DNA of 63,946 nucleotides, the filler included, from Lama guanicoe (Eukaryota): the NCBI GenBank assembly GCA_013239625.1. It is 163 parts of 163 records of this genome, joined end to end, with 100 filler letters (N's around TTAATTAATTAA, not from the genome) between each part and the next. Parts side by side here need not be neighbours in the genome. Positions count along the whole stretch, not along the records: positions 1 to 292 come from PNXV01053727.1; positions 393 to 684 come from PNXV01053728.1; positions 785 to 1,076 come from PNXV01053729.1; positions 1,177 to 1,468 come from PNXV01053730.1; positions 1,569 to 1,860 come from PNXV01053731.1; positions 1,961 to 2,252 come from PNXV01053732.1; positions 2,353 to 2,644 come from PNXV01053733.1; positions 2,745 to 3,036 come from PNXV01053734.1; 155 more parts are not named here. The stretch is one strand, 5' to 3'. A program made the translations under genes and the position numbers. The first letter of the stretch is position 1; every line of letters starts with the position of its first letter. The notes below the pieces were generated by a model, which saw only the letters and a list, made by a program, of their open reading frames with translations, did no database searches and was not told the DNA's origin. This document shows, piece by piece, positions 1-13,236 of this stretch.

Positions 1-1736
1 GAGAAAAGTTGAAAACCAGGTAAAATGAGGACTAGACAAATTCAGGAACTTAAAGCAAGATCCAGGGTTGACTATTAGTTCTGTCGCCTAATATGCGACA
101 AGTTGCCATAGGGAATAGAAGCCAGCTGTCCCATAGGGAGACAAGAAGTAGAAAAAGGATGTCAGGTAGAATTGAAGGGGGGTACATTTCAACTCAGTAA
201 AGGGAAAAACATTCTAAGGAGATGAGCAAGAACAGAATGAGCCACTTTGGAAACCATAGGTTCTTTCTTATTGGATAACGAGTTGGGGGTTGNNNNNNNN
301 NNNNNNNNNNNNNNNNNNNNNNNNNNNNNNNNNNNNTTAATTAATTAANNNNNNNNNNNNNNNNNNNNNNNNNNNNNNNNNNNNNNNNNNNNGGGGAAAT
401 TGCTTACATGAAAAAGGGTACATGGAATCTCTATACTGTGTCTTACAATTGTACAAGAATCTATAACTCAAAATTTTAAAAAAGTTTAACTCAGAAGTGA
501 ATTTGTTGAGTTTTTTGAATAAAAAAAATCTCAGGATATATTAGGATTGGAATTGCATTGAATCTGTGCATCTGTTTAAGAAAAATTAAAGAGAACAAAT
601 GATATATTGCTTTGTGGTCATTGTGGCGATTTTTCATTCTGATTGGAATGGGAAGCTAGAACAGAATTTTGAGCAGAAGAGAGANNNNNNNNNNNNNNNN
701 NNNNNNNNNNNNNNNNNNNNNNNNNNNNTTAATTAATTAANNNNNNNNNNNNNNNNNNNNNNNNNNNNNNNNNNNNNNNNNNNNCTGGGACCCCGCACAG
801 CTGGATGTGTGGGCCAGGGTGCTGGCCTGTTGGTGGGTGGTTAAGCTTGCAGTGCTGATATACTAGGAGGTTTCCAGATAGTGTTTTCCAGTGTCAGTGT
901 CCACGCAACAGAATGAGCTCCCCAAAACAGCTGTTGCCCACATCTCTGTCCCCAGGGAGCATCTGAATTGCCTCATTCCTCTCTCTCAGGTTCTGCAAGA
1001 TTAGCAAGTAATCTGACCTAGACTCCATTCAAACTACTGTCTCTGAGCTGGGACTCAGAACACATGAGATTTTGCANNNNNNNNNNNNNNNNNNNNNNNN
1101 NNNNNNNNNNNNNNNNNNNNTTAATTAATTAANNNNNNNNNNNNNNNNNNNNNNNNNNNNNNNNNNNNNNNNNNNNAGCTTTGATCTTGATTGGTGCCCA
1201 GGTCTCCTGTGGAATTTGATAAGCAGCAGGACTTGCCTGAGCATGAGGGTGAAACGGTAGAAACAGTAAAATTCTACCCCTGAGAGAGCGGCCAATAACT
1301 TCCACCTGTTTCTTGGGAGCTAATTTGGGTGCATGAGGTCCTGTGGGTTCCTTGGGGTGATGGGGTCCATGAGAAAATGGGCTCTTCTTATCGGCACCGT
1401 CCTGTTGTGGACCATGCTGTGTGAGGTGCACGGTGAAAGGACTTTCTCAGCAGAGCCTGAGGGGGGTTNNNNNNNNNNNNNNNNNNNNNNNNNNNNNNNN
1501 NNNNNNNNNNNNTTAATTAATTAANNNNNNNNNNNNNNNNNNNNNNNNNNNNNNNNNNNNNNNNNNNNGAGTGCTTGTGGGAGGAGATTCCAAAGTCTCA
1601 TTGTGTGAGCCCTCGTGGAGCAAACACTGTGCAGTAAGACATCACAGTTTTGACAGAAAGCTTGCAATCCTCTCCAAGTCATTATTGGCCCTTTTGTTTG
1701 CAGACTCTGACACCTGATCAACACCTTCAGATCACC

Positions 1737-1860
1737 ATGGAAAACAGGAACAATGTGACTGAGTTTGTCCTGCTGGGGCTCACACAGAACCCTGAGATGC
1801 AGAAAGTTCTATTTGTCCCCTTCTTACTCGTCTACCTCGTGACCATAGCGGGCAACCTGC
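1737..1860 (+). CDS. Olfactory receptor, OR4 family (4A/4C-like), N-terminus and TM1, truncated by contig end
   Basis: [41 protein letters not shown] has the N-glycosylation sequon NVT, the EF.LLGL motif and the TM1 GN motif. Kozak accATGG; upstream acceptor-like cttttgtttgcag at 1691-1703. Confidence 0.92.
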
Positions 1861-2352
1861 NNNNNNNNNNNNNNNNNNNNNNNNNNNNNNNNNNNNNNNN
1901 NNNNTTAATTAATTAANNNNNNNNNNNNNNNNNNNNNNNNNNNNNNNNNNNNNNNNNNNNGGGGGCAAAATCTATGAGGCAGAATTAGTTCCAAATGCAA
2001 TAGATATACCAGTAAGCAAGATGCTTAAGTGACAGTATGATTTATTTCATCCATTCATTCAATAAATATTTATAAAATGTCTAATACTTACCTGGTGCTG
2101 TGCTCTAGTACTGAACATCAGAAGATGAAATGCACAGATCATGATCCTAAAACACTATCAATCTGGTATGAAAGATAAGTGAATAAATTAATAATCCTCA
2201 CATGAGGGGCCATTGCTATGAAGAGCTTTTAAAGAGCTAGAAGACAAAGGAANNNNNNNNNNNNNNNNNNNNNNNNNNNNNNNNNNNNNNNNNNNNTTAA
2301 TTAATTAANNNNNNNNNNNNNNNNNNNNNNNNNNNNNNNNNNNNNNNNNNNN

Positions 2353-2405
2353 TAGCATGCATGAGGTCCTGGGTTCAATCCCCAGTACTGCTATTAAAAA
2401 AAAAA
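2353..2405 (+). mobile_element. tRNA-Ala-derived SINE, 3' half (camelid type)
   Basis: tagcatgcatgaggtcctgggttcaatccccagtac carries the B box and is followed by an A tail. Same family as 17750-17851 and 19421-19523. Confidence 0.85.
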
Positions 2406-2596
2406 TGAAATGAAATTAATGACCGCTCACACACATACAAAAAGCCTTAAGAATTTAAGGTTCAATTTAAAAAACTTGAAAAGAACTGTTTTGTGTCCAT
2501 CACACAGTCACTGTTTTCACCCTGGAAAGTTCTTACTTCCCTGACATTTCTTCTCATTTCGTTCCACTTGTCCTCTTAGTTAGCATAGAACAAATA

Positions 2597-2644
2597 CAGT
2601 TGATTCTCGAACAGCATGGGTTTGAGCCACACGGGTCCACTGAC
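2597..2644 (+). mobile_element. Tigger2/MER28-like DNA transposon terminus
   Basis: TA followed by cagttgattctcgaacagcatgggtttgagccacacgggtccac resembles the recalled Tigger2 terminal sequence. Confidence 0.6.
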
Positions 2645-4704
2645 NNNNNNNNNNNNNNNNNNNNNNNNNNNNNNNNNNNNNNNNNNNNTTAATTAATTAA
2701 NNNNNNNNNNNNNNNNNNNNNNNNNNNNNNNNNNNNNNNNNNNNTAGGAGGATCGGGTGAGGAAGAAATGGAAGCCTGGAAGTGAAGGGAAAAGAACCCC
2801 CTTTGAGGACACAATTCAAAAGCTTTGGAATAATAAGAACGGTTGGTGGGATGCATGATGAAAACCTGTTGTCTGTCTGCCCTACGAATTCTTGAGTAGA
2901 TAGTACATTCTTTCCTGACACTATTCTGCTGTGCATAGCGAGGCCACAGGGAGCAAGAACAGAACCAGCACGAGCAGCCCCATGAATAATGGTGAAGGCA
3001 GGGCTGACAACTGGCCACATAAGCAGACCCAATATGNNNNNNNNNNNNNNNNNNNNNNNNNNNNNNNNNNNNNNNNNNNNTTAATTAATTAANNNNNNNN
3101 NNNNNNNNNNNNNNNNNNNNNNNNNNNNNNNNNNNNTTGACAGAGCCGGTTTGCGACGTGCCAGCTTCTGGCGTGCAGCACAGTTATTTACAGATACGCA
3201 TATATATTCTTTTTCATAACAGGCTACTACAAGGTACTGAATACAGTTCCCTGTGCTGCACAGTAGACTGCTTTCCTTTTCTGATTACGGTACCTAACGC
3301 TGCAGTGAGTATCGCGGTGTATATAACCTGTCCGATTAGTGGGTCTTTGGATGTACACCCAGGAATGGGGTCACTGGAACATATTGCTAACTCTGTAGCT
3401 CTGTTTCTAATTTTTGGAGGAATCTCCGNNNNNNNNNNNNNNNNNNNNNNNNNNNNNNNNNNNNNNNNNNNNTTAATTAATTAANNNNNNNNNNNNNNNN
3501 NNNNNNNNNNNNNNNNNNNNNNNNNNNNTCAGTATTTGTGGCTTCAACCACCATCCCCATGTATTAATACATATTTTCCAAAATCTGTGACTTTGGCCTG
3601 GACGACTTTACGGCCTAGATCTACGTTTGCAGCTTACTTCTGGGTATTTGAGGTGTGTGGCTCTGTCAGAGTCTTTATCTTCACATACACAGAAGCTTTT
3701 AAAATGAGCCCCAGCTGGCCTGACAGTTGTGCGCCTCACCCTTAGGGCCTTCCACTGTTGCCAGAACCATGTGGATAAAGTCCGCTGTGATACAGAGGCT
3801 TTCCTTGTTAAAACTCTTCANNNNNNNNNNNNNNNNNNNNNNNNNNNNNNNNNNNNNNNNNNNNTTAATTAATTAANNNNNNNNNNNNNNNNNNNNNNNN
3901 NNNNNNNNNNNNNNNNNNNNAACTACAATATTCATCAAATTCTGTTTTGTAATTAGGGAAATTTTAATTTCAAAAAGCATAGATAACAATGACATCCCTA
4001 GTGACATCCGTTATCCATAACAATTTGTTGATCTGTGAGGAAATCATATTTTAATCGATGTTTAGTTTGTTTCCAGATACTAAGGCATACATAGCTGCTT
4101 GTGTTTCTTTTTCTTCCTATCTCCTCTTTTGTGGCTAGACTGGTGAAATGTGCACATTTTTTGCGCATTTCTGAAGGTTAAAATGCTCAGAAAACAAACC
4201 TTTTTCAAATTANNNNNNNNNNNNNNNNNNNNNNNNNNNNNNNNNNNNNNNNNNNNTTAATTAATTAANNNNNNNNNNNNNNNNNNNNNNNNNNNNNNNN
4301 NNNNNNNNNNNNCTGAAAGGGGAGAAAGTTTTCCACCTAACAGGAAGGCATTACTGAAGCTTAAGCTTAGTCTCCTGCAATGGGGTCTCCCTTGCGGAGG
4401 TAGCATGCCTACTAGCAGAGAAGGTCTTTGTGGGAAGCATGTTTCATACAAATATTATCTTCCTGACCTGGTCATATGTCCCAGAACTTCCCCCGGGGCT
4501 GGGACAGGGAGGAGAGGAAGAGGGTTTTACTCAACATCCCCAGGTCCTAGAATAGTTAATAAGTGAGAGCAAGATAGAGAGAATGAAGAAAGAAGGGACA
4601 GAGANNNNNNNNNNNNNNNNNNNNNNNNNNNNNNNNNNNNNNNNNNNNTTAATTAATTAANNNNNNNNNNNNNNNNNNNNNNNNNNNNNNNNNNNNNNNN
4701 NNNN

Positions 4705-4996
4705 CCCCCCACATGTTAATTCAGTTGATTTTTAACAAAGATGTGAAGGGAATTCAATAGAGAATGGTTACTATTTTTAGTATATGGTGCTGGAAAAGTT
4801 GAACATCCATATGTAAAAAATGAAACTTTTGCCCCATAAACCAATATTAACTAGAAATGCATCATAGTCCTAAATGTAAAAGCTAAAACTGTAAAACTGG
4901 TCGTATATGTCATAGGAAGAAATATTTGTGCCACTTGTTAGGAAAGTTTCTTCAGATGGGATACAAAAAAACACCATGATCCATAAAAGAAAAAAA
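4705..4996 (+). mobile_element. Old L1 ORF2 3' fragment
   Basis: Degenerate L1 motifs: cagttgatttttaacaaag, tggtgctggaaaagttgaacatccatatg, taaatgtaaaagctaaaact. Confidence 0.8.
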
Positions 4997-5488
4997 NNNN
5001 NNNNNNNNNNNNNNNNNNNNNNNNNNNNNNNNNNNNNNNNTTAATTAATTAANNNNNNNNNNNNNNNNNNNNNNNNNNNNNNNNNNNNNNNNNNNNAAAT
5101 AAAACAGTAAAAATGCTTATGTGTAACTAAGGCAGAGGGACTTAGAGGACCATCAGTTCCGCTACGTGGGGCCGAGCCGTAGTCTAACTAACTTTAGGGG
5201 CTGGACCTGGCATCCTTCTGTCCTCATCCAGCCCCTGTCACTTTCCTGGCTCTGTGCCTTATTACCATGTCTGTTTCTAACATGAATACTTCGTGCGGCT
5301 TTCTCATGTTTCAGGGTACTGCTCTCACACTCTAATCTTGAGGCATTTAATTTACTCTTCTAAAATGTGGGTAAGTCTCATTATGCTGNNNNNNNNNNNN
5401 NNNNNNNNNNNNNNNNNNNNNNNNNNNNNNNNTTAATTAATTAANNNNNNNNNNNNNNNNNNNNNNNNNNNNNNNNNNNNNNNNNNNN

Positions 5489-5780
5489 GTTTCCTAGAGC
5501 TGGTTTGAACTTCCAAGGGTTTTCACTGTAAAGCCGAATTTATGCTTCTTCCTACCAATATATATGTACGTAGTGTAGTTTCAAACAGAAAAGAAACATT
5601 GATTTGCCAGGAAGATGGGTGAAGTTCAGCTTTCACACACTTATCTGTCAGAGTTGAGCATAAGGAGAGACGGTCGCTCATCAAGCACAAATTGAAGTAG
5701 ATGCAGTAGACACACATACTCTGCTTTCCCCATCTGTTTCCTATTTCTGGTTTGTATTTTCTGCAATTTTTACCCAAAAC
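5489..5780 (+). repeat. Satellite family A (~249-bp monomer)
   Basis: gtttccta..ctggtttg recurs at 5489 and 5736 (247 bp apart). Homologous to 47907-48197, e.g. gtttcctagagctggtt, ttcactgtaaa, cacatactctg. Confidence 0.85.
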
Positions 5781-8700
5781 NNNNNNNNNNNNNNNNNNNN
5801 NNNNNNNNNNNNNNNNNNNNNNNNTTAATTAATTAANNNNNNNNNNNNNNNNNNNNNNNNNNNNNNNNNNNNNNNNNNNNCTAAGAGGCACCAAGGCTCC
5901 CGGATCTGGGCCTCCCCAACACCTGTGGGGCACCATCTCCCCTCTCCCTGGGACAGCTAGGGTGATGGAGGTTGACAGAGAGTGTGGACCGGGCAGAGCT
6001 GAGGGCCACCACCAGCTGCATCCCAAGTGCCAGGCTGGGCTGGGTGGAGATAGGACAAGCCAGACCTGCAGCCCAGGCTGAGATCCGCTGACTCAGCAAC
6101 CAGGAACAGGGCTGTGGGGCCCTTGGCTGGGACAGGCCGGGACTGAAGGACAGGCCTTCGTGACTTGGGGTANNNNNNNNNNNNNNNNNNNNNNNNNNNN
6201 NNNNNNNNNNNNNNNNTTAATTAATTAANNNNNNNNNNNNNNNNNNNNNNNNNNNNNNNNNNNNNNNNNNNNTTTAAAGTTTGAAATCTCTGGGATATAT
6301 ATATATATATTCCCAAAAAAACAGTCTGCGGTCTCAGGTGCACCCTTTGGTCAGCGGTGGACACAGGCGGGGGTTGGGGGTTTCTCAAGGCCTGGAGGGC
6401 GTCCGCATGGAATTTACAGGGGTCAGATGGACCAGAAACACTAGAAAGCAGCTAGATAAGAGCTGGGCAGGCTCCAGGAGGTCATTTCTGGGAGAAAGAA
6501 TGGGTGCCCCTCATGGTATTTTGATGGCCCAGCCCTGCCACCGGTCCTCTCTGGTCCATGGAAGNNNNNNNNNNNNNNNNNNNNNNNNNNNNNNNNNNNN
6601 NNNNNNNNTTAATTAATTAANNNNNNNNNNNNNNNNNNNNNNNNNNNNNNNNNNNNNNNNNNNNCACTGTAGTTATGACAGGAAAGAAACTTGACTGGAG
6701 GATGAGGGAATTCTTCACAGAGAAGGTAGAAAATAAACCAGGATTGGGGAATGAGTAGGAGTTTGCCACAATGACATTAAAAGAATAATCGAGATTTGTC
6801 TTGATTGGTTGAATCCTTGGCTTTTTAAATTCCATTTACAGGAGCTGTCGACCCATTCACTAGTTTTAACACCTGAGAATAGCTGAAATCCAAACAGCTT
6901 CTGAACTTCTTTGCATCTCAGAGCATGAGGACCACAGCTCTCTTTATGAGGATAACNNNNNNNNNNNNNNNNNNNNNNNNNNNNNNNNNNNNNNNNNNNN
7001 TTAATTAATTAANNNNNNNNNNNNNNNNNNNNNNNNNNNNNNNNNNNNNNNNNNNNTTTATTTGAATTTCTCACTGACTTAAAATAAGACTAAAATAAAA
7101 TTATTCCCAGTGTTTTCAAAGTAAGAAGTTTTTACCTAAATGGCAGAGAAAATCTGGTCTATATGAGCTAAATCTGTGAAGGGAAATGAACATTACTAAG
7201 ATTAATTTAACATATTCAGTTACACATTTGTTATTTCATTAGTTAGATTATTAACATGTGGTTCGATAGCACTTTCATCTTTCTGAGCTCGTATCTAAAA
7301 ATAAAGTAACAGCATCAGCAATGCTTGCTCTTTATTGAAATGACTTTTNNNNNNNNNNNNNNNNNNNNNNNNNNNNNNNNNNNNNNNNNNNNTTAATTAA
7401 TTAANNNNNNNNNNNNNNNNNNNNNNNNNNNNNNNNNNNNNNNNNNNNCAGTTACAGTGATGGTCATCTGATTGGGTCTGTCTCCCTCTCTGGACTGCAA
7501 GCAGGTCTGATTGGTTCACTGCTGTGACCTACTGCCCAGCAGAGTGCCTGGCACATTGTTTCAGGAAAATAAAGATCTCCCTGGTCCTCGCTTCTCAAAG
7601 TGTGGTCCAAGGGCTGACCGCATCACTCTCACCTGGAGCTTGCTAGAAACACTCAAGACCTATCGAATCAGGTGATCCGTCACACATTCAGAGGGAAAGA
7701 TGCTGATCTAGACCTTCTAGAGGGCTTAGGGACTGGTCACNNNNNNNNNNNNNNNNNNNNNNNNNNNNNNNNNNNNNNNNNNNNTTAATTAATTAANNNN
7801 NNNNNNNNNNNNNNNNNNNNNNNNNNNNNNNNNNNNNNNNAAGTACTTAAATGCATTAATATCTATGTTAGTACTGCTTTGCATTTATAGAATATGTGAA
7901 GTATTTTGCAATATTATCTAACTTCATCAGGAAACTGATCCTAAACTGGTTGAAAAATTTGTCTACAAGCACATGACTAGTGAACAATGTAGATCCCAGT
8001 CTAACTCCAAAGTCTGTGTTCCTGCCCCTCTGTTCACTGCCACCCACTCTGTAGCTGGACTACTGTTTCATTCTATTCTTGAACTTTTTTGAAACTTTTT
8101 TTTAATTGAGTTATAGTCATTTTACAATGCTGNNNNNNNNNNNNNNNNNNNNNNNNNNNNNNNNNNNNNNNNNNNNTTAATTAATTAANNNNNNNNNNNN
8201 NNNNNNNNNNNNNNNNNNNNNNNNNNNNNNNNTTTAATAATAGTTAATTTTATAATACAGTATTTAAATTACAGGATATTAAGAACAAGAGTGAGCATCA
8301 TCCAAAGATTTTTGACTACTGCTATTATTCTGACTACCGCAAGCAGAATCTCAGTATCTATTTTAAATGTAGACAATGGACTTGGGACTTTGTTTTCACA
8401 TCAGATAATCTCAAACAAAGAAAAAATTAATATTCAGTCTTGTCCCCTTTAGTCATCTTTATGTGATATTTTAGAAGAAACCCAAGCCTACGGAAAAAGT
8501 ATGGTAGGTGGATCACTTTGGGATNNNNNNNNNNNNNNNNNNNNNNNNNNNNNNNNNNNNNNNNNNNNTTAATTAATTAANNNNNNNNNNNNNNNNNNNN
8601 NNNNNNNNNNNNNNNNNNNNNNNNGCCTGTGTTTTCTTTTCTACTAACTGCCCCAGGCCTGGGACAGAGTAGCTCTCAAGAGTGTTGAAAGAAAGAAGGA

Positions 8701-10194
8701 AGAAAAAGATATAAAAAACAGCCAGAGCAGAATGTGGGGACCAGAGGGGACAGGGTGTGCCTGGGGATCAGACAGGCGCCCCTTCGGCTGGGTGGCACAT
8801 TCTATGTAGAAGACGAGGCCAGTAGTTCGTATATGGGAGGTAAAGCTGGGAGATGGGAGGTGATTTTGTTGTGGGGGCCTTGAATGCCGGGTTTAATATG
8901 TACAATTTCAGACCCAANNNNNNNNNNNNNNNNNNNNNNNNNNNNNNNNNNNNNNNNNNNNTTAATTAATTAANNNNNNNNNNNNNNNNNNNNNNNNNNN
9001 NNNNNNNNNNNNNNNNNATCCACCTGCCATATGCAGCCCATTAGGTGACCTGAGGGAAATGTGAGTTTGCCTCAGGGTAGAAAGGTGCAGTGGCTCTAAC
9101 CCATTTATAACTTTCTGCGTGTTATGGTGTTGCAATTTACAAATGCCCAGGTAAGTGAACCATCGAATTATATTATATACTGTTAGGCAGACTAACCCTC
9201 GCAAAACAAGCTACCCATCACAAAACACACACATAGCTCTTAAAGGATTTCAACAACAAAAAGAAAAAAAATTAAGGATTTACCAATTTAAATATGAAAG
9301 AACAGCAAGNNNNNNNNNNNNNNNNNNNNNNNNNNNNNNNNNNNNNNNNNNNNTTAATTAATTAANNNNNNNNNNNNNNNNNNNNNNNNNNNNNNNNNNN
9401 NNNNNNNNNCTGCAGAGCTGGGGATTCATGGCAGGCTTGCTGTGCCTCCTTGTGAGGGGCCCGCAGCCATCCGCACGCCTGCGCACTGTGTGCAGAAGCA
9501 GGGCGTTCAGGGGCGGGGGGGCACCTCGCCAGTGTGCTCAGTCTGGTACCCGGCTTGTCAGGAGACAGGCGCTGCGCATCAGCGTTGGTGAAGGACCTGG
9601 GAGGGCAGCATCCAGGCTGGGCCTGTGTCATATTTGAACAAGGTGGACACGTCAATCAGCCCTGAGTCTTGGAGCAGGAGTGAGATTTGGCTGTGAGCTC
9701 ACNNNNNNNNNNNNNNNNNNNNNNNNNNNNNNNNNNNNNNNNNNNNTTAATTAATTAANNNNNNNNNNNNNNNNNNNNNNNNNNNNNNNNNNNNNNNNNN
9801 NNCACAATTAGTATTTGAATCTCTACAAAGTATCAAGTGTCAAGTTAGGTATTCACACTATAGACATAACCTCTGCCCTTAAATTGTATTGTGTATTTGA
9901 AGTGCAAAAATAAAGCAGGACAAATAAACAAATGCAAATATAAAAGAAATGAAAATGGTACTGAGTGGAGAATAATAGAATCTATGAAGTATGTAACTAA
10001 TTCATGGTATGTAAATATTTTAAGGAATTGTAGATTAAGGCAATGACAACCCTGAACTTTTAAAAATCAAGTAAATAATGTTGCTTAACATGGCNNNNNN
10101 NNNNNNNNNNNNNNNNNNNNNNNNNNNNNNNNNNNNNNTTAATTAATTAANNNNNNNNNNNNNNNNNNNNNNNNNNNNNNNNNNNNNNNNNNNN

Positions 10195-10486
10195 TGTGGT
10201 TTTGATTTGCATTTCCCTGAGAATTAGTGATGTTGAGCATCTTATTGCATGCCTGGTTGCCAACTTTATATGTTTCTTGGAAAAAGTCTCTTCAAATCCT
10301 CTGCCTATTTTTAATTGGGTTGTTTGTTTTTTTGCTGTTGAGTTATATGAGTTCATTATGTATTTTAGATGTTAACCCCTTATCAGATATGTGATTTGCA
10401 AATACTTTCTCCCGTCACCTTATTGAAGTAGGTTGATTTTTCATTTTGTTCATGGATTCCTTTGCTGTGCAGAAGATTTTTAGTTT
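10195..10486 (-). mobile_element. L1 ORF2 C-terminal fragment
   Basis: Minus-strand translation ...RCSTSLILREMQIKTT is a hallmark of L1 ORF2. Confidence 0.92.
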
Positions 10487-10659
10487 NNNNNNNNNNNNNN
10501 NNNNNNNNNNNNNNNNNNNNNNNNNNNNNNTTAATTAATTAANNNNNNNNNNNNNNNNNNNNNNNNNNNNNNNNNNNNNNNNNNNNTGCTATATATAAAT
10601 CCCACAGTAACCAGGTTCTCTGATGCATTAGCTTTGAGCCTTAGGGCAAGTACCCTAAC

Positions 10660-10879
10660 TGATACAGGAAAATGGGACATGAGAGAATGACCCGGTCCCA
10701 GATCTCAAGCGGGTCCCTGGGACACGCCCCAGGTGAGGGTCCTTGGCTTTGCACAGGAGAGAATTCAAGAGCGACCCGTAGGTGAGTTAAGGTAGGTTTA
10801 CTTTGGAAGATGTACACTAGAGCGCAGGCCGTCTCAGAAGGCAAGAGAAAGGCCAAGAGGTGCGGGGTTGGGGGTTTAG
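10660..10879 (-). mobile_element. ERV1-type LTR fragment
   Basis: ggtcccagatctcaag...ggtccttggctttgcacaggagagaattcaagagcga resembles antisense ERV1 LTR ends. Confidence 0.6.
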
Positions 10880-11765
10880 NNNNNNNNNNNNNNNNNNNNN
10901 NNNNNNNNNNNNNNNNNNNNNNNTTAATTAATTAANNNNNNNNNNNNNNNNNNNNNNNNNNNNNNNNNNNNNNNNNNNNCACACTAGCTCATCCTTAGAT
11001 ACGTGTGGTCACTTGTGCATCCTGAAACAGCCTCATGGTAGAAAGTTTCCCTACGTCTATCGAAAGAAAGTACTGAATTCTGGGGTAAAAGAGTTTGAGC
11101 TGCTTGGCCTCTGAATGCCGTGTCAGTAGAACACATTAACTTTTCACAGTGCACTCAATTGCCCTGTCCTTCACAACTGCATCACTATGCTGAAAAATGT
11201 GATTTTCATAGAAATGTTCAATTTTGCAGCTTAGAGACCTTGTGAAGGGAAAAAAATATATATCATTTTTTTNNNNNNNNNNNNNNNNNNNNNNNNNNNN
11301 NNNNNNNNNNNNNNNNTTAATTAATTAANNNNNNNNNNNNNNNNNNNNNNNNNNNNNNNNNNNNNNNNNNNNGTGGATATTTGGGAAGGTGTACTCCAGT
11401 GAATGAGGACAGCTTGTGCCTGAGGCTCTGAGGAGGATTAGGGGGAAACCGGTGAGGGTGCAGCTGTGAGCAGGGGAGAATAGTAGGAGATGAGGTCAGG
11501 CTGAGCCTCCTGACTCCCAGCGCATTGCCCTTTGTTATCCCATGACCTCCACTCTTTTGAGAATTAAGTCTTCTGACCTGTGGTTGTGGTAGTGTGGGAG
11601 AGATGGAACCTAGGGTTAGGGTTAAAGTCCTGTATTTGTAATTGATCATGAACTGAAAAAAAAAANNNNNNNNNNNNNNNNNNNNNNNNNNNNNNNNNNN
11701 NNNNNNNNNTTAATTAATTAANNNNNNNNNNNNNNNNNNNNNNNNNNNNNNNNNNNNNNNNNNNN

Positions 11766-12058
11766 GCGCGGGGCCCCCTGCTGTGCTCGCCGATGCTGCT
11801 GCGCCCCCCAGACACGTTCGCCGACCCGGGGGCCCGCGGGCCCGGAACCCGCGGAGGACGCCGGCCGCGCCCGGCCCGAGGCGGGGTGCAGGGAGCTGGG
11901 CGCAGCGGGCCGGGGCGCGGGCGCCCAGGGGTCCTGGCGCGGGGGCGTTGGGCGCGGGCGGGACTGCGCGCGCAGAGGACCCCCGGGCCCGGCCCGGCCG
12001 AGGTAAGTGGTCACCGCGGGGACGGCGGGCGGGGGCGGGGACCGGCTGGGGCAAGGGG
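11766..12058 (+). promoter_or_regulatory. CpG-island fragment with a probable first-exon splice donor (gag|gtaagt at 12003); gene unidentified
   Basis: Very high GC and CpG density, GC boxes and a consensus 5' splice site. Confidence 0.75.
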
Positions 12059-12944
12059 NNNNNNNNNNNNNNNNNNNNNNNNNNNNNNNNNNNNNNNNNN
12101 NNTTAATTAATTAANNNNNNNNNNNNNNNNNNNNNNNNNNNNNNNNNNNNNNNNNNNNTCTCTCTCTCTCTCTCTCTGAGAGACTGCCAAAGGCTAGCCT
12201 TATTTATGGATGAAATTAAGTTCTGTGAAACCAAGTTCACGATTCTAAAATTCTAAAATCAAGCCCACTTTTAGCACCTACATTCATCTTACTCCGCGCA
12301 GATCTTGCTACTTAGTAATTACGAGCAAGTTAAGCGTATCCAGGTGAAGGTCACAGCCCTCCCAAGCCTGCTTCGTTTGACAGCCTTGCTGGAGTGTCTC
12401 TGCTTTCTGAAAGTGAACATTATATGAATGAATGTCTTATGCAAATGACTTNNNNNNNNNNNNNNNNNNNNNNNNNNNNNNNNNNNNNNNNNNNNTTAAT
12501 TAATTAANNNNNNNNNNNNNNNNNNNNNNNNNNNNNNNNNNNNNNNNNNNNAGGACAAGTTTGGTAGGGAAATTCATGGGTCTAGTGGTGGACATACTGA
12601 GCTGAGGTGCCTTTGAGCCATCCATGTGAGATCTGGAATAGGTGGTTAGAAATTATAACTGTGGAGCTTTGAGAAGAGCTCTGAGCAGAAGATACATCTT
12701 GGGAACTGACCAATAACTAGTTGTCAGTTGAAACTGGATATGGGGAGCTTTCCAAGTGAGGTGGAATAGAGTAAGAGCAGAAGAACTAGGGTGGGACAAA
12801 GTCTTCTGGAGTGCTAACACTGGTGGAGAAGGAGCATTCAGAGANNNNNNNNNNNNNNNNNNNNNNNNNNNNNNNNNNNNNNNNNNNNTTAATTAATTAA
12901 NNNNNNNNNNNNNNNNNNNNNNNNNNNNNNNNNNNNNNNNNNNN

Positions 12945-13236
12945 ACATATGTAAGGGGAGGCACAAGCTCCAACATGGTTATCCACAGCAAACCACTTTT
13001 ACATTGAAACCGGCGCTTGGAAACATGAAGGGAAATCAGAGAATGTGTTTGTACGTTTCACTCTGCCTTTTATGCTGGATAAAAGAACGCCTCAACACAC
13101 GCTCAATTCTGAGGGTTGAATGTGTGTGAAAACCGTCAATCACCTAGCTTGTAGGGAAGACACAGATTCTTTTGAGTGGGTAACTAGACTACATACATAT
13201 ATATGGGGAGGTACTAGCTCCAACTCGGTTTTACAG
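12945..13236 (-). repeat. Satellite family A (~249-bp monomer), reverse orientation, diverged
   Basis: ggggagg..c.agctccaac recurs at 12955 and 13205 (250 bp apart). Shares tgtgtgtgaaa, tcaccta.cttgt.ggga and cggttttacag with 63267-63552. Confidence 0.8.

Noticed and set aside
2689..3032. Two ORFs over 100 aa on the minus strand
   Set aside because: Lengths are inflated by N padding and there is no recognisable domain.
11710..12110. Overlapping Pro/Arg/Gly/Ala-rich ORFs on both strands (also at 23886-24286 and 50605-51010)
   Set aside because: Stop codons are depleted in GC-rich sequence and no protein is recognisable.
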